The notes under the pieces were generated by a model. It saw only the letters and a program-made list of their open reading frames with translations. It made no database searches and was not told where the DNA came from. Source: an uncultured Actinomycetota bacterium (lineage in GTDB: Bacteria > Actinomycetota > Actinomycetes > Mycobacteriales > Jatrophihabitantaceae). From it: 64,000 nucleotides of DNA. A program made the translations under genes and the position numbers. Of this stretch, positions 18,340 to 29,869 are shown in pieces. The stretch spans positions 171,026 through 235,025 of the forward strand of contig CAVZOC010000006.1 of NCBI GenBank assembly GCA_963776855.1, read 5' to 3'. Positions within the stretch are counted from its first letter, which is position 1. Each line of letters starts with the position of its first letter.

Positions 18340-18400
18340 GTGGCGCGTTTCCGGTTCGGTGGTGCGGTATACCGCACCACCGAACCGGTATCGCGCCACT
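18339..18400. repeat. 62-bp loopless inverted repeat with a 38-bp perfect core (18351-18388)
   Basis: AGTGGCGCG-TTT-CCGGTTCGGTGGTGCGGTA|TACCGCACCACCGAACCGG-TAT-CGCGCCACT; only two mismatched pairs. Confidence 0.92.
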
Positions 18401-18432
18401 GACCGGGCCGGGGCTTGGATAGGCTCCCCGGC

Positions 18433-19473
18433 ATGGTCATCGTGATGGCGCCCGGCGCGGCGGCTTCGGACGTCGACGAGGTCGTCTCACACATCGAGGC
18501 CCACGGCGGGCAGGCGTTCGTCAGCCGCGGCGTGATGCGCACGATCATCGGTGTCGTCGGCACCGAGGACGTCCTGGAGACCCTCGACGCCGGCGGCCTG
18601 CCCGGCGTGGCCGAGACGATGCGGATCACCGCGCCCTACAAGCTGGTGTCGGCCCAGAACACCGGCGGGGCGGCGCGGCACAGCACCATCCGCGTCGGCG
18701 GCGTGCCGATCGGGCCGGACACCTTCACCCTCATCGCAGGACCCTGCGCCGTCGAGACGCCCGAGCAGACGCTGGAGGCGGCCCGGATGGCCCAGCGGGC
18801 CGGCGCCACGCTGCTGCGCGGCGGCGCGTACAAGCCGCGCACCAGCCCGTACGCCTTCCAGGGGCTCGGCGAGGCCGGGCTGCGGATCCTCGCCGAGATC
18901 CGGGACGAGGTCGGCCTCCCGATCGTCACCGAGGTGGTGGACGCCGCCGACGTCTCAGTGGTGGCCGAACACGCCGACATGTTGCAGATCGGCACCCGCA
19001 ACATGCAGAACTTCGGGCTGCTGCAGGCGGTCGGGCGGGCGGGGCGTCCCGTCATGCTCAAACGCGGCCTCACCGCCACCTACGAGGAGTGGCTGATGGC
19101 GGCCGAGTACATCGCGCAGCGCGGCAACCTCGACATCGTGCTGTGCGAGCGGGGGGTGCGCTCGTTCGAGCCCTCCATCCGCAACCTGCTCGACATCTCG
19201 GCCGTGCCCACGGTGCACCGCCTCTCGCACCTGCCGGTTCTCGTCGACCCGTCGCACGCGGCCGGCCGCCGCGACCTGGTGGTTCCGCTGGCCCGGGCCG
19301 GCATCGCGGCGGGAGCCGACGGGGTCATGGTGGACGTCCACCCGCACCCGGAGACTGCGCTGTGCGACGGGGCGCAGGCGCTGGTCGGCGACGTCCTGGA
19401 CGAGCTGGCCCAGGCCGTGGCCACCATCCCGCCCATGCTGGGCCGCACCAGCGCCGCCCACCTGGCCGGCTGA
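18433..19473 (+). CDS. aroF: DAHP synthase, class I-beta, with N-terminal ferredoxin-like regulatory domain
   Basis: LIAGPCAVE, RGGAYKPRTSPYAFQG, QIGTRNMQN, LCERG and VDPSH motifs. Confidence 0.93.
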   Translation: MVIVMAPGAAASDVDEVVSHIEAHGGQAFVSRGVMRTIIGVVGTEDVLETLDAGGLPGVAETMRITAPYKLVSAQNTGGAARHSTIRVGGVPIGPDTFTLIAGPCAVETPEQTLEAARMAQRAGATLLRGGAYKPRTSPYAFQGLGEAGLRILAEIRDEVGLPIVTEVVDAADVSVVAEHADMLQIGTRNMQNFGLLQAVGRAGRPVMLKRGLTATYEEWLMAAEYIAQRGNLDIVLCERGVRSFEPSIRNLLDISAVPTVHRLSHLPVLVDPSHAAGRRDLVVPLARAGIAAGADGVMVDVHPHPETALCDGAQALVGDVLDELAQAVATIPPMLGRTSAAHLAG

Positions 19474-19479
19474 GCGCGG

Positions 19480-20220
19480 TTAGGGCACGTAACCGTAGCC
19501 GGGCGGTGGGGCGCCGTAGGCCGCCTGCTGCGCCAGGTCCCGGTTGTGGCTGTTGCGCCGCACGAGCCCGACGATCAGCAGGACGATCGCGGCGATGACG
19601 AGCAGCACGCCGGGCACGAGCACCAGCACGGCCCGGACGACGCCGTGGGCGATGGACTCGCCGAACGCCATCCGGGCGCCGGAGGGCGCGTCGTTGCTCT
19701 GCAGGCGCACCGCGTAGCGACCGGGCCGGTCGATGCTGAACTGGAACAGCGCCTCGCCGTGGTAGCCGTTCAGGTTGTAGACCAGTGTCGTCGTCCCGGC
19801 CCCACTCTGTCCGTACCGCTCGAGGGGGACCGGCTGCCCGGCGGGCCCGGCCAGCGCCATGTTCACGAAGGCCGAGTGGCTGCCGCCCACCGGTGTCTCG
19901 AAGTAGCCGACGTAGTTGCCCGTGCGGTGCAGCTGGACGGTGCCTCCGTCGGTCGCGAAGTCGGCGTGCGGGAAGGACCCGATGTTGGTGATCGGCGCGA
20001 TGGACAGCAGCACCCCGCCGACGACGGCGAGCGCCACCCCGAGGAGGCCGAGCACGAGCGCCAGCCGCAGCGGGACGCGGCCGCGCTTGCGGACCGGGCC
20101 GGCGGGCGCGGTGTAGGGCCCTGACGGGCCTGGTGACCCTGGTGGTCCGGGTTGCCCAGGCGGGGGCGGCGGCCCTGGCGGGGGCGGCGGGCCCGGTGGC
20201 GGCGGCGGGTAGCTGCTCAC
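19480..20220 (-). CDS. Hypothetical membrane protein with Pro-rich N-terminus
   Basis: A (PPPPPG)n tail, two TM helices flanking a soluble domain, and GC3-rich codons. Confidence 0.7.
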   Translation of the reverse strand: MSSYPPPPPGPPPPPGPPPPPGQPGPPGSPGPSGPYTAPAGPVRKRGRVPLRLALVLGLLGVALAVVGGVLLSIAPITNIGSFPHADFATDGGTVQLHRTGNYVGYFETPVGGSHSAFVNMALAGPAGQPVPLERYGQSGAGTTTLVYNLNGYHGEALFQFSIDRPGRYAVRLQSNDAPSGARMAFGESIAHGVVRAVLVLVPGVLLVIAAIVLLIVGLVRRNSHNRDLAQQAAYGAPPPGYGYVP

Positions 20221-20269
20221 GACTGGGCAGTCTGCCGTCTCCCCCGCTCTGGAAGAACCTCGGCGGCGT

Positions 20270-22713
<2,444 letters not shown>

Positions 22714-23124
22714 TCACCGCCCGGCGTGCCCGGCCCTGCCGCGCCGGGCGCGGAAACGGCGGCGTCGCGGGGCGGACGCCGGGCCGGTCGGTTGCGGCCC
22801 CGACCGGGCCCGTCGGGGGCGCGTCAGCAGCGCGGTCACCACGACGGCCGCCACGGCCGCGACGAACCGGTTGACGTCGACGGCGGGCGCCCACCGCACC
22901 TTCCCGTCTTCGATCACGTAGGCGCCGACCGGGTGTGCCTGCACCCCGAATCCGCCGCCTTCGCCCTCCCCGCTCTTCGCGTCGTGGCCGGAGCCGCCGC
23001 CGGCGCCGCCTGCCACCCGCGCGGCGGGGATCATCGTCACACCGTCCTGGGCGTAGGGCTCACCGAACACCCTTCGGACGGTCACGGTGTCCCGGGCTTG
23101 CGCCAGCACCTCATCGACCTTCAT
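22714..23124 (-). CDS. YtfJ/GerW-like small protein
   Basis: VRRVFGEPY, IPAARVAGGAGGG and GGGFGVQAHPVGAYVI motifs. GAGGAG lies upstream. Confidence 0.75.
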   Translation of the reverse strand: MKVDEVLAQARDTVTVRRVFGEPYAQDGVTMIPAARVAGGAGGGSGHDAKSGEGEGGGFGVQAHPVGAYVIEDGKVRWAPAVDVNRFVAAVAAVVVTALLTRPRRARSGPQPTGPASAPRRRRFRARRGRAGHAGR

Positions 23125-23267
23125 GCCGTCTCCTCGTCCGACCTGCGCCACCCTCGTATCGATAGCAGCGCAGGACACGGCGGACGGCCACCGCCCTACG
23201 GCCCGGGCGCCGCAGGGCAAAGGTCGCGGGCCCGGCCGCGGCGGCTCGCGGGGAACTCCGGTCGGCC

Positions 23268-24293
23268 TCAGCCGAAGAAGACCTCCGCCTCGGCGTAGCG
23301 CTCGGGAGGCACCACCTTGAGCTGCGCGGTGGCCTCGGCCAGCGGCACCCGCGCGATGTCGGTGCCGCGCAGCGCGACCATCATGCCCCAGTCCCCGTCG
23401 TTGGCCGCGTCCACCGCGTGGAGGCCGAACCGGGTGGCGAGGGTCCGGTCGAACGCCGTGGGGGTGCCGCCGCGCTGGATGTGACCGAGCACGGTGGTGC
23501 GGGCCTCCTTGCCGGTGCGCTGCTCGATCTCCCGCGCCAGCCAGTCGCCGATGCCGCCGAGCCGGACGTGCCCGAAGGCGTCGACGTCCTGGTCCTGCAC
23601 CGCGTTCTCCCCGCCGTCGGGCGTGGCACCCTCGGCGACGACGATGATCGGCGCGTAGTGGGCCTGGAACCGGCTCTCGACGTAGGCGCAGACGCGCTCG
23701 ACGTTGAACGGGAACTCGGGGACGAGGATGACGTTGGCGCCGCCGGCGAGGCCGGAGTGCAGGGCGATCCAGCCCGCGTGCCGCCCCATCACCTCGACGA
23801 TCAGCGCCCGGTGGTGCGACTCGGCGGTCGTGTGGAGCCGGTCGATGGCCTCGGTGGCGATGTTGACCGCGGTGTCGAAGCCGAAGGTGTAGTCGGTGGC
23901 GTCGAGGTCGTTGTCGATCGTCTTCGGCACACCCACCACGTTGACGCCCTCCTGGTGCAGCTTGGTCGCCACGCCGAGCGTGTCCTCGCCGCCGATGGCG
24001 ATCAGCGCGTCCACCCCGGCGCGGTGAAGGTTCTCGACGACCCGCGCGACGCCGTTGTCCTCGTTGAACGGGTTGGTGCGCGACGAGCCGAGGATGGTGC
24101 CGCCGCGGGGCAGGATCCCGCGGACGTCGGGGATGCCGAGCGGTCGGGTCAGGTTCTCCAACGGCCCCCGCCAGCCGTCCCGGAAGCCGACGAAGTCGTG
24201 GCCGTGGACACCGGCGCCCTTGCGCACCACCGCACGGATCACCGCGTTCAGACCGGGGCAGTCGCCACCGCCGGTCAGCACCCCTACACGCAC
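23268..24293 (-). CDS. pfp: 6-phosphofructokinase with PPi-dependent signature
   Basis: TGGGDCPGLN, GGED, PKTIDND, EVMGRHAGW and GHIQRGG motifs. Confidence 0.88.
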   Translation of the reverse strand: MRVGVLTGGGDCPGLNAVIRAVVRKGAGVHGHDFVGFRDGWRGPLENLTRPLGIPDVRGILPRGGTILGSSRTNPFNEDNGVARVVENLHRAGVDALIAIGGEDTLGVATKLHQEGVNVVGVPKTIDNDLDATDYTFGFDTAVNIATEAIDRLHTTAESHHRALIVEVMGRHAGWIALHSGLAGGANVILVPEFPFNVERVCAYVESRFQAHYAPIIVVAEGATPDGGENAVQDQDVDAFGHVRLGGIGDWLAREIEQRTGKEARTTVLGHIQRGGTPTAFDRTLATRFGLHAVDAANDGDWGMMVALRGTDIARVPLAEATAQLKVVPPERYAEAEVFFG

Positions 24294-24360
24294 CGTTCCG
24301 CCTCTCCGGGACTCTTCTGCTGGCGTCTCGACCCAGCATCGGTCACGTGCCGATGCTGCC

Positions 24361-24846
24361 TCATCGTTCCAGCATCGGGTTCAGGGCGTTCCACCGGGCG
24401 AGGTTGTGGCGGGCGTCGGCGAGGGCGTCGTGCTGGTCGTCGGGCGCAGCGGGCAGCGACGGCGAGCCGGCGTCCTCCCACCGCTGCCGCAGCTCGTGGG
24501 TGAACCGCGGGATCGGCCGCGGCAGTGCTCGCATGTCGCCCCAGAGCTGGCAGAGCACCACGTGGTCGTAGGCCGACATCCACGCCCAGAGCTCGATCGG
24601 GTCGCCCGGGGCGAGCAGGAACTCCAGCAGGTCCTGCCGGATCCGCTCCCGGGAGCGCCACGCGGCGTCGGCGGGCGGCGGCAGCTTGTCCAGCACGTTG
24701 CGGCGAACCCAGCCGATGGCGCGCTCGGGATCGAATTCGGTCGAGACGGCGTAGAACTCGCGCCCGGTCTCGTCGACGACGCCGATGGAGACGAGGTCGA
24801 TGGTGGTGCCGTCCTCGATGAACTCGCAGTCGTAGAAGAACTTCAC
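24361..24846 (-). CDS. DEDDh 3'-5' exoribonuclease (Rv2179c / RNase AS family)
   Basis: FFYDCEFIEDG, AYDHVVLCQLWG and HDALADARHN motifs. Confidence 0.88.
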   Translation of the reverse strand: MKFFYDCEFIEDGTTIDLVSIGVVDETGREFYAVSTEFDPERAIGWVRRNVLDKLPPPADAAWRSRERIRQDLLEFLLAPGDPIELWAWMSAYDHVVLCQLWGDMRALPRPIPRFTHELRQRWEDAGSPSLPAAPDDQHDALADARHNLARWNALNPMLER

Positions 24847-24847
24847 C

Positions 24848-24907
24848 AGACCTACAGACCTCCGGTCGGGAACAGGAACAAGACCTACAGACCTCCGGTC
24901 AGGAACA
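24848..24907. repeat. Direct repeat, 20 bp exact (27 bp with 1 mismatch), period 33
   Basis: AGACCTACAGACCTCCGGTC at 24848 and 24881, followed by GGGAACA and AGGAACA respectively. Confidence 0.9.
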
Positions 24908-24928
24908 CGACGCCGACGAGACCACGGG

Positions 24929-25678
24929 TCAGGAGGCCTTCGTTCCGGGCAGCCGGTCGGCGATCTCCCGCACCCGCTCGGCGTCGGAATCCGGGTCGCC
25001 GTCGGACGATTGCTTGGCCCGGGCGGCGTACATGTCGACGTACTCCTGGCCGGAGAGCCGCATCAGCTCGTACATGATCTCGTCGGTGACCGAGCGCTCG
25101 ACGAACCGGTCGCCGGCCATGCCCTCGTAACGGGCGAAGTCCAGCGGCCGCCCGACCCGCACCCCCGGCCGGGGCCGCAGCTTCGGGATCAGCCGCCCCG
25201 GCGGCTGGATGACCTCGGTCTTGACCATGGCGACGGGGATGACCACGGCACCGGACTCCAGGGCCATGCGGGCCACCCCGGTCTTGCCGCGGTAGAGCCG
25301 GCCGTCGGGCGAGCGGGTGCCCTCGGGATAGATGCCGAGCAGCTTTCCCTCGCCGAGGACCCGCACGCCGGTCCGCAGCGCCGCCCGGGCGGCGTCCTTG
25401 TCCTCCCGATCGATCGGGACCTGCCCGACGCCGGCGAAGAACATCCGCGAGACGAGGCCCTTGAGGCCGGGCATCGTGAAGTACTCCGCCTTGGCCAGGA
25501 ACGTCACCTTGCGGGGCACCAGCACCGGCAGGAAGAACGAGTCGCAGAAGGACAGGTGGTTGCTGGCGAGGATGGCCGGGCCCTGGTCGGGCAGGTGCTC
25601 ACGGCCTTCGATCCACGGCCGCCACAGCAGGCGCAGCAGCGGTCCGAGGAACACGAACTTCGCGAGCCAGAAGCCCAC
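24929..25678 (-). CDS. plsC: 1-acyl-sn-glycerol-3-phosphate acyltransferase
   Basis: NHLSFCD (HX4D), FLAKAEYF and IYPEGTRS motifs. Start uncertain (25678 or 25696). Confidence 0.9.
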   Translation of the reverse strand: MGFWLAKFVFLGPLLRLLWRPWIEGREHLPDQGPAILASNHLSFCDSFFLPVLVPRKVTFLAKAEYFTMPGLKGLVSRMFFAGVGQVPIDREDKDAARAALRTGVRVLGEGKLLGIYPEGTRSPDGRLYRGKTGVARMALESGAVVIPVAMVKTEVIQPPGRLIPKLRPRPGVRVGRPLDFARYEGMAGDRFVERSVTDEIMYELMRLSGQEYVDMYAARAKQSSDGDPDSDAERVREIADRLPGTKAS

Positions 25679-25815
25679 CTGCGTCCCCCTGCTCACCGCT
25701 GCCGGAGCCCGTTCGGGCGATCTGTCGTAGCCGAACAGTAGCCGCAGCGCCGACGCGCTCCAACCCGCGGGAGGGCACGGTTCCACAGCCTCGCCGGGAC
25801 ACCCCCGGCGAAGGC

Positions 25816-26640
25816 ATGATGGACTCGCACCGCGAGCTCGACGTCGGACTGCTGGAGGACCGCGTGACGCAGGATCGGGTGGCGCCCGTTGCGGACAACG
25901 AACCGTTCAGCGCCGACGGTGGGCCCGTGGGGGTCGTGGTCAGCCACGGGTTCACCGGAACGCCGGCGAGCGTCCGCGACTGGGCCCATGCGATCGCCGC
26001 CGCCGGGCACTCCGTCCGGCTCCCGCTGCTGCCCGGCCACGGCGCCACCTGGCGCGAGACCAACCGGACGCGGTGGCCGCAGTGGTACGAGACCGTCGAG
26101 CGGTCGTTCCTGGAGCTGCGGGAGCAGTGCCAGACGGTCTTCGCCGTCGGCCTGTCGATGGGCGGCACCCTGGTCACCCGACTGGCCGAGCAGTACCCGG
26201 ACGACGTCGCGGGCCTGGTGCTGGTCAACCCCGCGTACGGCACCCGGCGGCGCGACGCCAAGTTCGCCCCTTACATCGCCCCCGTGATCCGCTCCCGCCC
26301 CTCGATCGGCGGCGACATCAAGAAACCGGGCGTGGAGGAACCCGCCGACGGAAAGACCCCGGTGGTGGCGTTCGCGTCGCTGCTGAAGCTGTGGCGGGTG
26401 ACGGTCGACGACCTGGCCAAGGTGACCGCCCCCGTGCTGCTCTACCGCTCCCGCGAGGATCACGTCGTCGACGACCTGTCGGTCCACCTGCTCAAGACCG
26501 GCACGGTCAACACCACGATCCGCGAGGTGATCCTCGAGGACAGCTATCACGTCGCGACACTCGACAACGACGCGCCGACCATCTTCGAGGGCACGGTGGA
26601 GTTCCTGCGGTCGGTCTCGCCCGGGCGGGCGGCACCGTGA
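25816..26640 (+). CDS. Alpha/beta-hydrolase (carboxylesterase / monoacylglycerol lipase-like)
   Basis: HGFTGTP, GLSMGG (Ser), EDHVV (Asp) and SYHVATLD (His). The start may be GTG 25864. Confidence 0.9.
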   Translation: MMDSHRELDVGLLEDRVTQDRVAPVADNEPFSADGGPVGVVVSHGFTGTPASVRDWAHAIAAAGHSVRLPLLPGHGATWRETNRTRWPQWYETVERSFLELREQCQTVFAVGLSMGGTLVTRLAEQYPDDVAGLVLVNPAYGTRRRDAKFAPYIAPVIRSRPSIGGDIKKPGVEEPADGKTPVVAFASLLKLWRVTVDDLAKVTAPVLLYRSREDHVVDDLSVHLLKTGTVNTTIREVILEDSYHVATLDNDAPTIFEGTVEFLRSVSPGRAAP

Positions 26641-27416
26641 CCGCCGACGGCGGCGACGGCCCGTCCCCGGACCCGCCGCGGCCCGGCGACGGCGCGTGGC
26701 CGCCCGGCTCGGACCGGCACGACAACGGGCTGCGGGCCCCGGCCTACGTGCCGTTGACCGATGTGGAGCCGGACCTCGGCCAGCTGCTGCTCACGGCCCT
26801 CGGCCGGGCCCGCATCGCGGCCTACCTGTCCGCCACCGCCCCCGACCCCGACCGGCAGCGGCTGTTCGTCGCCTCGGAGGAGCGGGGGGACGCCCGCACG
26901 ATCGTCGCCGCGGCGGTCCGCGCGCTCGGTGAGCAGCCGCCCGAGGTCCGCCCCGACACCCCGGACCCCCACCCGCAGCCGGGCCCGGTGGCCGCCGCCG
27001 ACCCCCTGGCGGGGATCGACACCGACGCCGAGTTCCAGGCCCTGGTCGCCGACTGGCACGTCGACACCCACACCGCGATCCGTGCCGCGGAGCGAGACCT
27101 CAACCGCGAGGACGCCGACTGGCGGGCCCGGCTGAACCAGCCGCCCGCCGAGGACCCCGTCTGGCTGGACGAGGACCACTACATTCCCCCGCCCCCGCCG
27201 CCGCTACCGCGACTCGCCGCCCCGACCATCCTGGCCATGGCCGTCCTGGCCATCTCGATCATCGTGCTCGGCATCGGCGGGCAGGTCGGGCTGGCCGGCA
27301 ACCTGTCGATCGTGCTGGGGATCGGCGGGCTGCTGCTGGGTGCCGGCATCCTGTTCAGCCGCCTCCGGGAGCACCGGCGCGACCTCGACGACGGCGACGA
27401 CGGCGCCGCGATCTGA
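26637..27416 (+). CDS. Conserved hypothetical membrane protein
   Basis: GTGA overlap with the esterase stop. Contains RDNGL-like HDNGLRAPAYVPL, DEDHYIPPPPPPLPR and two C-terminal TM helices. Confidence 0.75.
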   Translation: MTADGGDGPSPDPPRPGDGAWPPGSDRHDNGLRAPAYVPLTDVEPDLGQLLLTALGRARIAAYLSATAPDPDRQRLFVASEERGDARTIVAAAVRALGEQPPEVRPDTPDPHPQPGPVAAADPLAGIDTDAEFQALVADWHVDTHTAIRAAERDLNREDADWRARLNQPPAEDPVWLDEDHYIPPPPPPLPRLAAPTILAMAVLAISIIVLGIGGQVGLAGNLSIVLGIGGLLLGAGILFSRLREHRRDLDDGDDGAAI

Positions 27417-27440
27417 CCGCGAGCCGGCTCGCGAGGCGCG

Positions 27441-28214
27441 TCACCAGTCCTCGACGGGCTCCTTGCCGCGCGGCTCGCCGGCCACCTGCTCCGCGTGGGC
27501 CGTGACGCCCTCCGCCGTAGCGCCATCAGCCGACGCGTCGTCCTGCGGCGGTGCGACGCCCGGAGGCGCGTCGTCCGGCGGGTACGGTGCCTGGTCTGCC
27601 GCCGCGGGCGGCTCCTCGGGGCGGGCGGCGAACTGCCGCTGGATCTGCTGCCGGGCGCCGCGCACCAGCACGGCACCCGCGCCGAGCAGCACGTACGCGA
27701 GCAGCATCAGCCAGGTGCCGATGCCGGTGGCGCCCAGGAAGTCGGCGTAACCGGGCACCCCGCCCCCGGTGTGCTGCACCAGCGACGCCGGGTAGTGGAC
27801 CAGCTGGATCGCCAGCATCGTCGTGACCACGCCGCCGAGGGCGACCGCCACGGCGCCGGCGGCGACGATCTTCCCGGCGCGTCCGGTCAGCGCCGCCGTG
27901 ATGATCGCGAGCAGCGCGGTGACGGTGAACAGCGTCCAGCCCAGCCAGCTGAAGTACGTCAGCGAGATGCCGAGGCTGACCTTCGGCAGCCGGGTGTCGA
28001 TGATCTGTTGGAAGAACCGCAGCTGGCTACGCAGTCCGTCGGCGCTGCTGTCACCGGTGACGATCTCGCCGACGCCGGAGCGGAACCAGGACAGCTGGGA
28101 CATCGCGAGCACCCCGGCGACGGCTCCGAGCACGACGAGCACGAGGCCGGTGATGACCCGGTTCGCGCGCCCCGCGCCCCGGCCGGTCTCGCCGGCGGTG
28201 GTGTCGCCCTGCAT
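27441..28214 (-). CDS. Hypothetical multi-pass membrane protein
   Basis: Four hydrophobic segments, an acidic/Pro-rich tail and GC3-rich codons. Confidence 0.7.
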   Translation of the reverse strand: MQGDTTAGETGRGAGRANRVITGLVLVVLGAVAGVLAMSQLSWFRSGVGEIVTGDSSADGLRSQLRFFQQIIDTRLPKVSLGISLTYFSWLGWTLFTVTALLAIITAALTGRAGKIVAAGAVAVALGGVVTTMLAIQLVHYPASLVQHTGGGVPGYADFLGATGIGTWLMLLAYVLLGAGAVLVRGARQQIQRQFAARPEEPPAAADQAPYPPDDAPPGVAPPQDDASADGATAEGVTAHAEQVAGEPRGKEPVEDW

Positions 28215-28282
28215 CGTGTGGTGCCCTTCGCGTCAGTCGGTGTCTCCTGCCGAGGGTAGGTGGGCGGCCCGCCCACCGGCGG

Positions 28283-28894
28283 TCACGCCGGGACGGACAG
28301 CTCGACGCGGACCGCGCCGGGACGGACCGGCTCCGCCGCGGCGACCTCGAGGCGCGGGTCGACCCAGATGCCCTCGGCGGCGCTGCGGTGCTCGGCGTCC
28401 AGCGCCGAGCGGGCGGCGCCGGAGACCCCGCCGGCCACCACCAGGTGGGGCGGGCGCGTGGTGACGAGACCGTCGAGTGCGCGGGTGAGGGCCGCCACGT
28501 CGGGGGCTCCCGCCCCGGACGCGAACCGGGCACCGGCCACCGCCAGCGAGGCGCCCTCACGACGCACGGCGGCGAGCGCGGCCCCGGGCCGGCGCGGGCC
28601 GCGGCCCCCGGGCAGCGTCAGGTCCTGCACGGCGTCCACGTCGACCCCGAGCGTCGACAGCAGCAGCGTGCCACCGGCGGTGCGGCCGCCGGTGACCACG
28701 ACCAGTCCCGCCCGCCGGGCCAGGGCCGCGCAGCGGGAGCGCCACCGCAGCAGGCTGGGCGCCCCGTGCAGCACCGCGACGTCGACCCCGGCGCCGGCGG
28801 CGACCTCGGCGATCAGGCGGGCCGCCTGCTCGGGATCGAGAGATGCGGCGGCAGGGTCGACTCGGAGCACTCGGAGCGTCGGCACGGCCGCCAT
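28283..28894 (-). CDS. Degenerate endonuclease/exonuclease/phosphatase (EEP)-fold protein
   Basis: Position next to the ROK glucokinase and the segment APSLLRWRSRCAALARRAGLVVVTGGRTAGGTLLL resemble actinobacterial EEP proteins, but the catalytic motifs are missing. Confidence 0.55.
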   Translation of the reverse strand: MAAVPTLRVLRVDPAAASLDPEQAARLIAEVAAGAGVDVAVLHGAPSLLRWRSRCAALARRAGLVVVTGGRTAGGTLLLSTLGVDVDAVQDLTLPGGRGPRRPGAALAAVRREGASLAVAGARFASGAGAPDVAALTRALDGLVTTRPPHLVVAGGVSGAARSALDAEHRSAAEGIWVDPRLEVAAAEPVRPGAVRVELSVPA

Positions 28895-28909
28895 CCTCCC
28901 CCAGCCGGG

Positions 28910-29866
28910 TCAGGGCGCCGGACGCGCGTACCGGCGGGCGAGATCCGCGGCACCGATCAGTCCGGCCTCGGGCCCCAGCGCCGCGGCGACCACCCGGGCC
29001 TGCGGCCGAAAGCCGCGGCCGGTGAGGGTGTCGGCGAACTCCTCGCGGGCCGGCCCCAGGAACAGCTCGTGCGCGGCCGACACGCCACCCCCGATGACGA
29101 AGACCGAGGGATCGATGGCGGCGGCGAGGTTCGCCAGCCCGCGACCCAACCAGCGGCCGACCGCGGTGCACAGCGACCGGGCTGCCGCATCTCCGGCGGC
29201 GGCGGCGGTCGTCACCGTCTCGCCGGTGATGTGGTCCACCCCGCCGGCGCGCTCGACGATGCCGGCCGCGGCCACCGGTGACCCGGCGGCCAACTCGCGG
29301 GCGTCCCGGGCGAGCGCGCGACCGGAGGCGTACATCTCCCAGCAGCCGCGGTTGCCGCAGGCGCAGCGGTGGCCCTCGGGCACGAGTGTCATGTGGCCGT
29401 ACTCGCCGGCGATCCCGTGTGCCCCGCGAAAGACGCGCCCGCCCTCGATCAGCGCGCCGCCGATCCCGGTGCCCAGAGTGACGCAGACGACGACCGACTC
29501 GTCCCGCGCGGCGCCGAAGCGGTACTCCGCCCAGGCGGCGGCGTTGGCGTCGTTCTCCACCACCACCGGGACCGGGATCCGGTCGGCGAGCGCGTCTCGC
29601 AGCGGCTCGTTGCGCCAGGCCAGGTGCGGCGAGAACAGCACGGTGGCGTTGTCGGCGGCGATCCAGCCGGCGGCGCCGATACCGACGGCGTCGACCTCAT
29701 GGCGGCGCAGCAGCCGGCTGACGATGTCGACGATGGCGGTCTCGGTGGCCGCCGCGCCGGCCGGGGTGTCGTCGCGTTCGCGGTCGATCACCTGCCCCGA
29801 GCCGTCCACCACGCCGGCGGCGACCTTGGTCCCCCCGATGTCGACGCCGATCGCGCGCCTGACCAT
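28910..29866 (-). CDS. glkA: ROK-family glucokinase
   Basis: IGVDIGGTK, ENDANAAA, LGTGIGG and GEYGH...CACGNRGCWE motifs. Confidence 0.92.
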   Translation of the reverse strand: MVRRAIGVDIGGTKVAAGVVDGSGQVIDRERDDTPAGAAATETAIVDIVSRLLRRHEVDAVGIGAAGWIAADNATVLFSPHLAWRNEPLRDALADRIPVPVVVENDANAAAWAEYRFGAARDESVVVCVTLGTGIGGALIEGGRVFRGAHGIAGEYGHMTLVPEGHRCACGNRGCWEMYASGRALARDARELAAGSPVAAAGIVERAGGVDHITGETVTTAAAAGDAAARSLCTAVGRWLGRGLANLAAAIDPSVFVIGGGVSAAHELFLGPAREEFADTLTGRGFRPQARVVAAALGPEAGLIGAADLARRYARPAP

Positions 29867-29869
29867 CGC

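Noticed and set aside
24848-24907. Direct repeat considered as a mini CRISPR array
   Set aside because: Only two units, the intervening sequence is 6-13 nt, the unit is not palindromic, and there are no cas genes.
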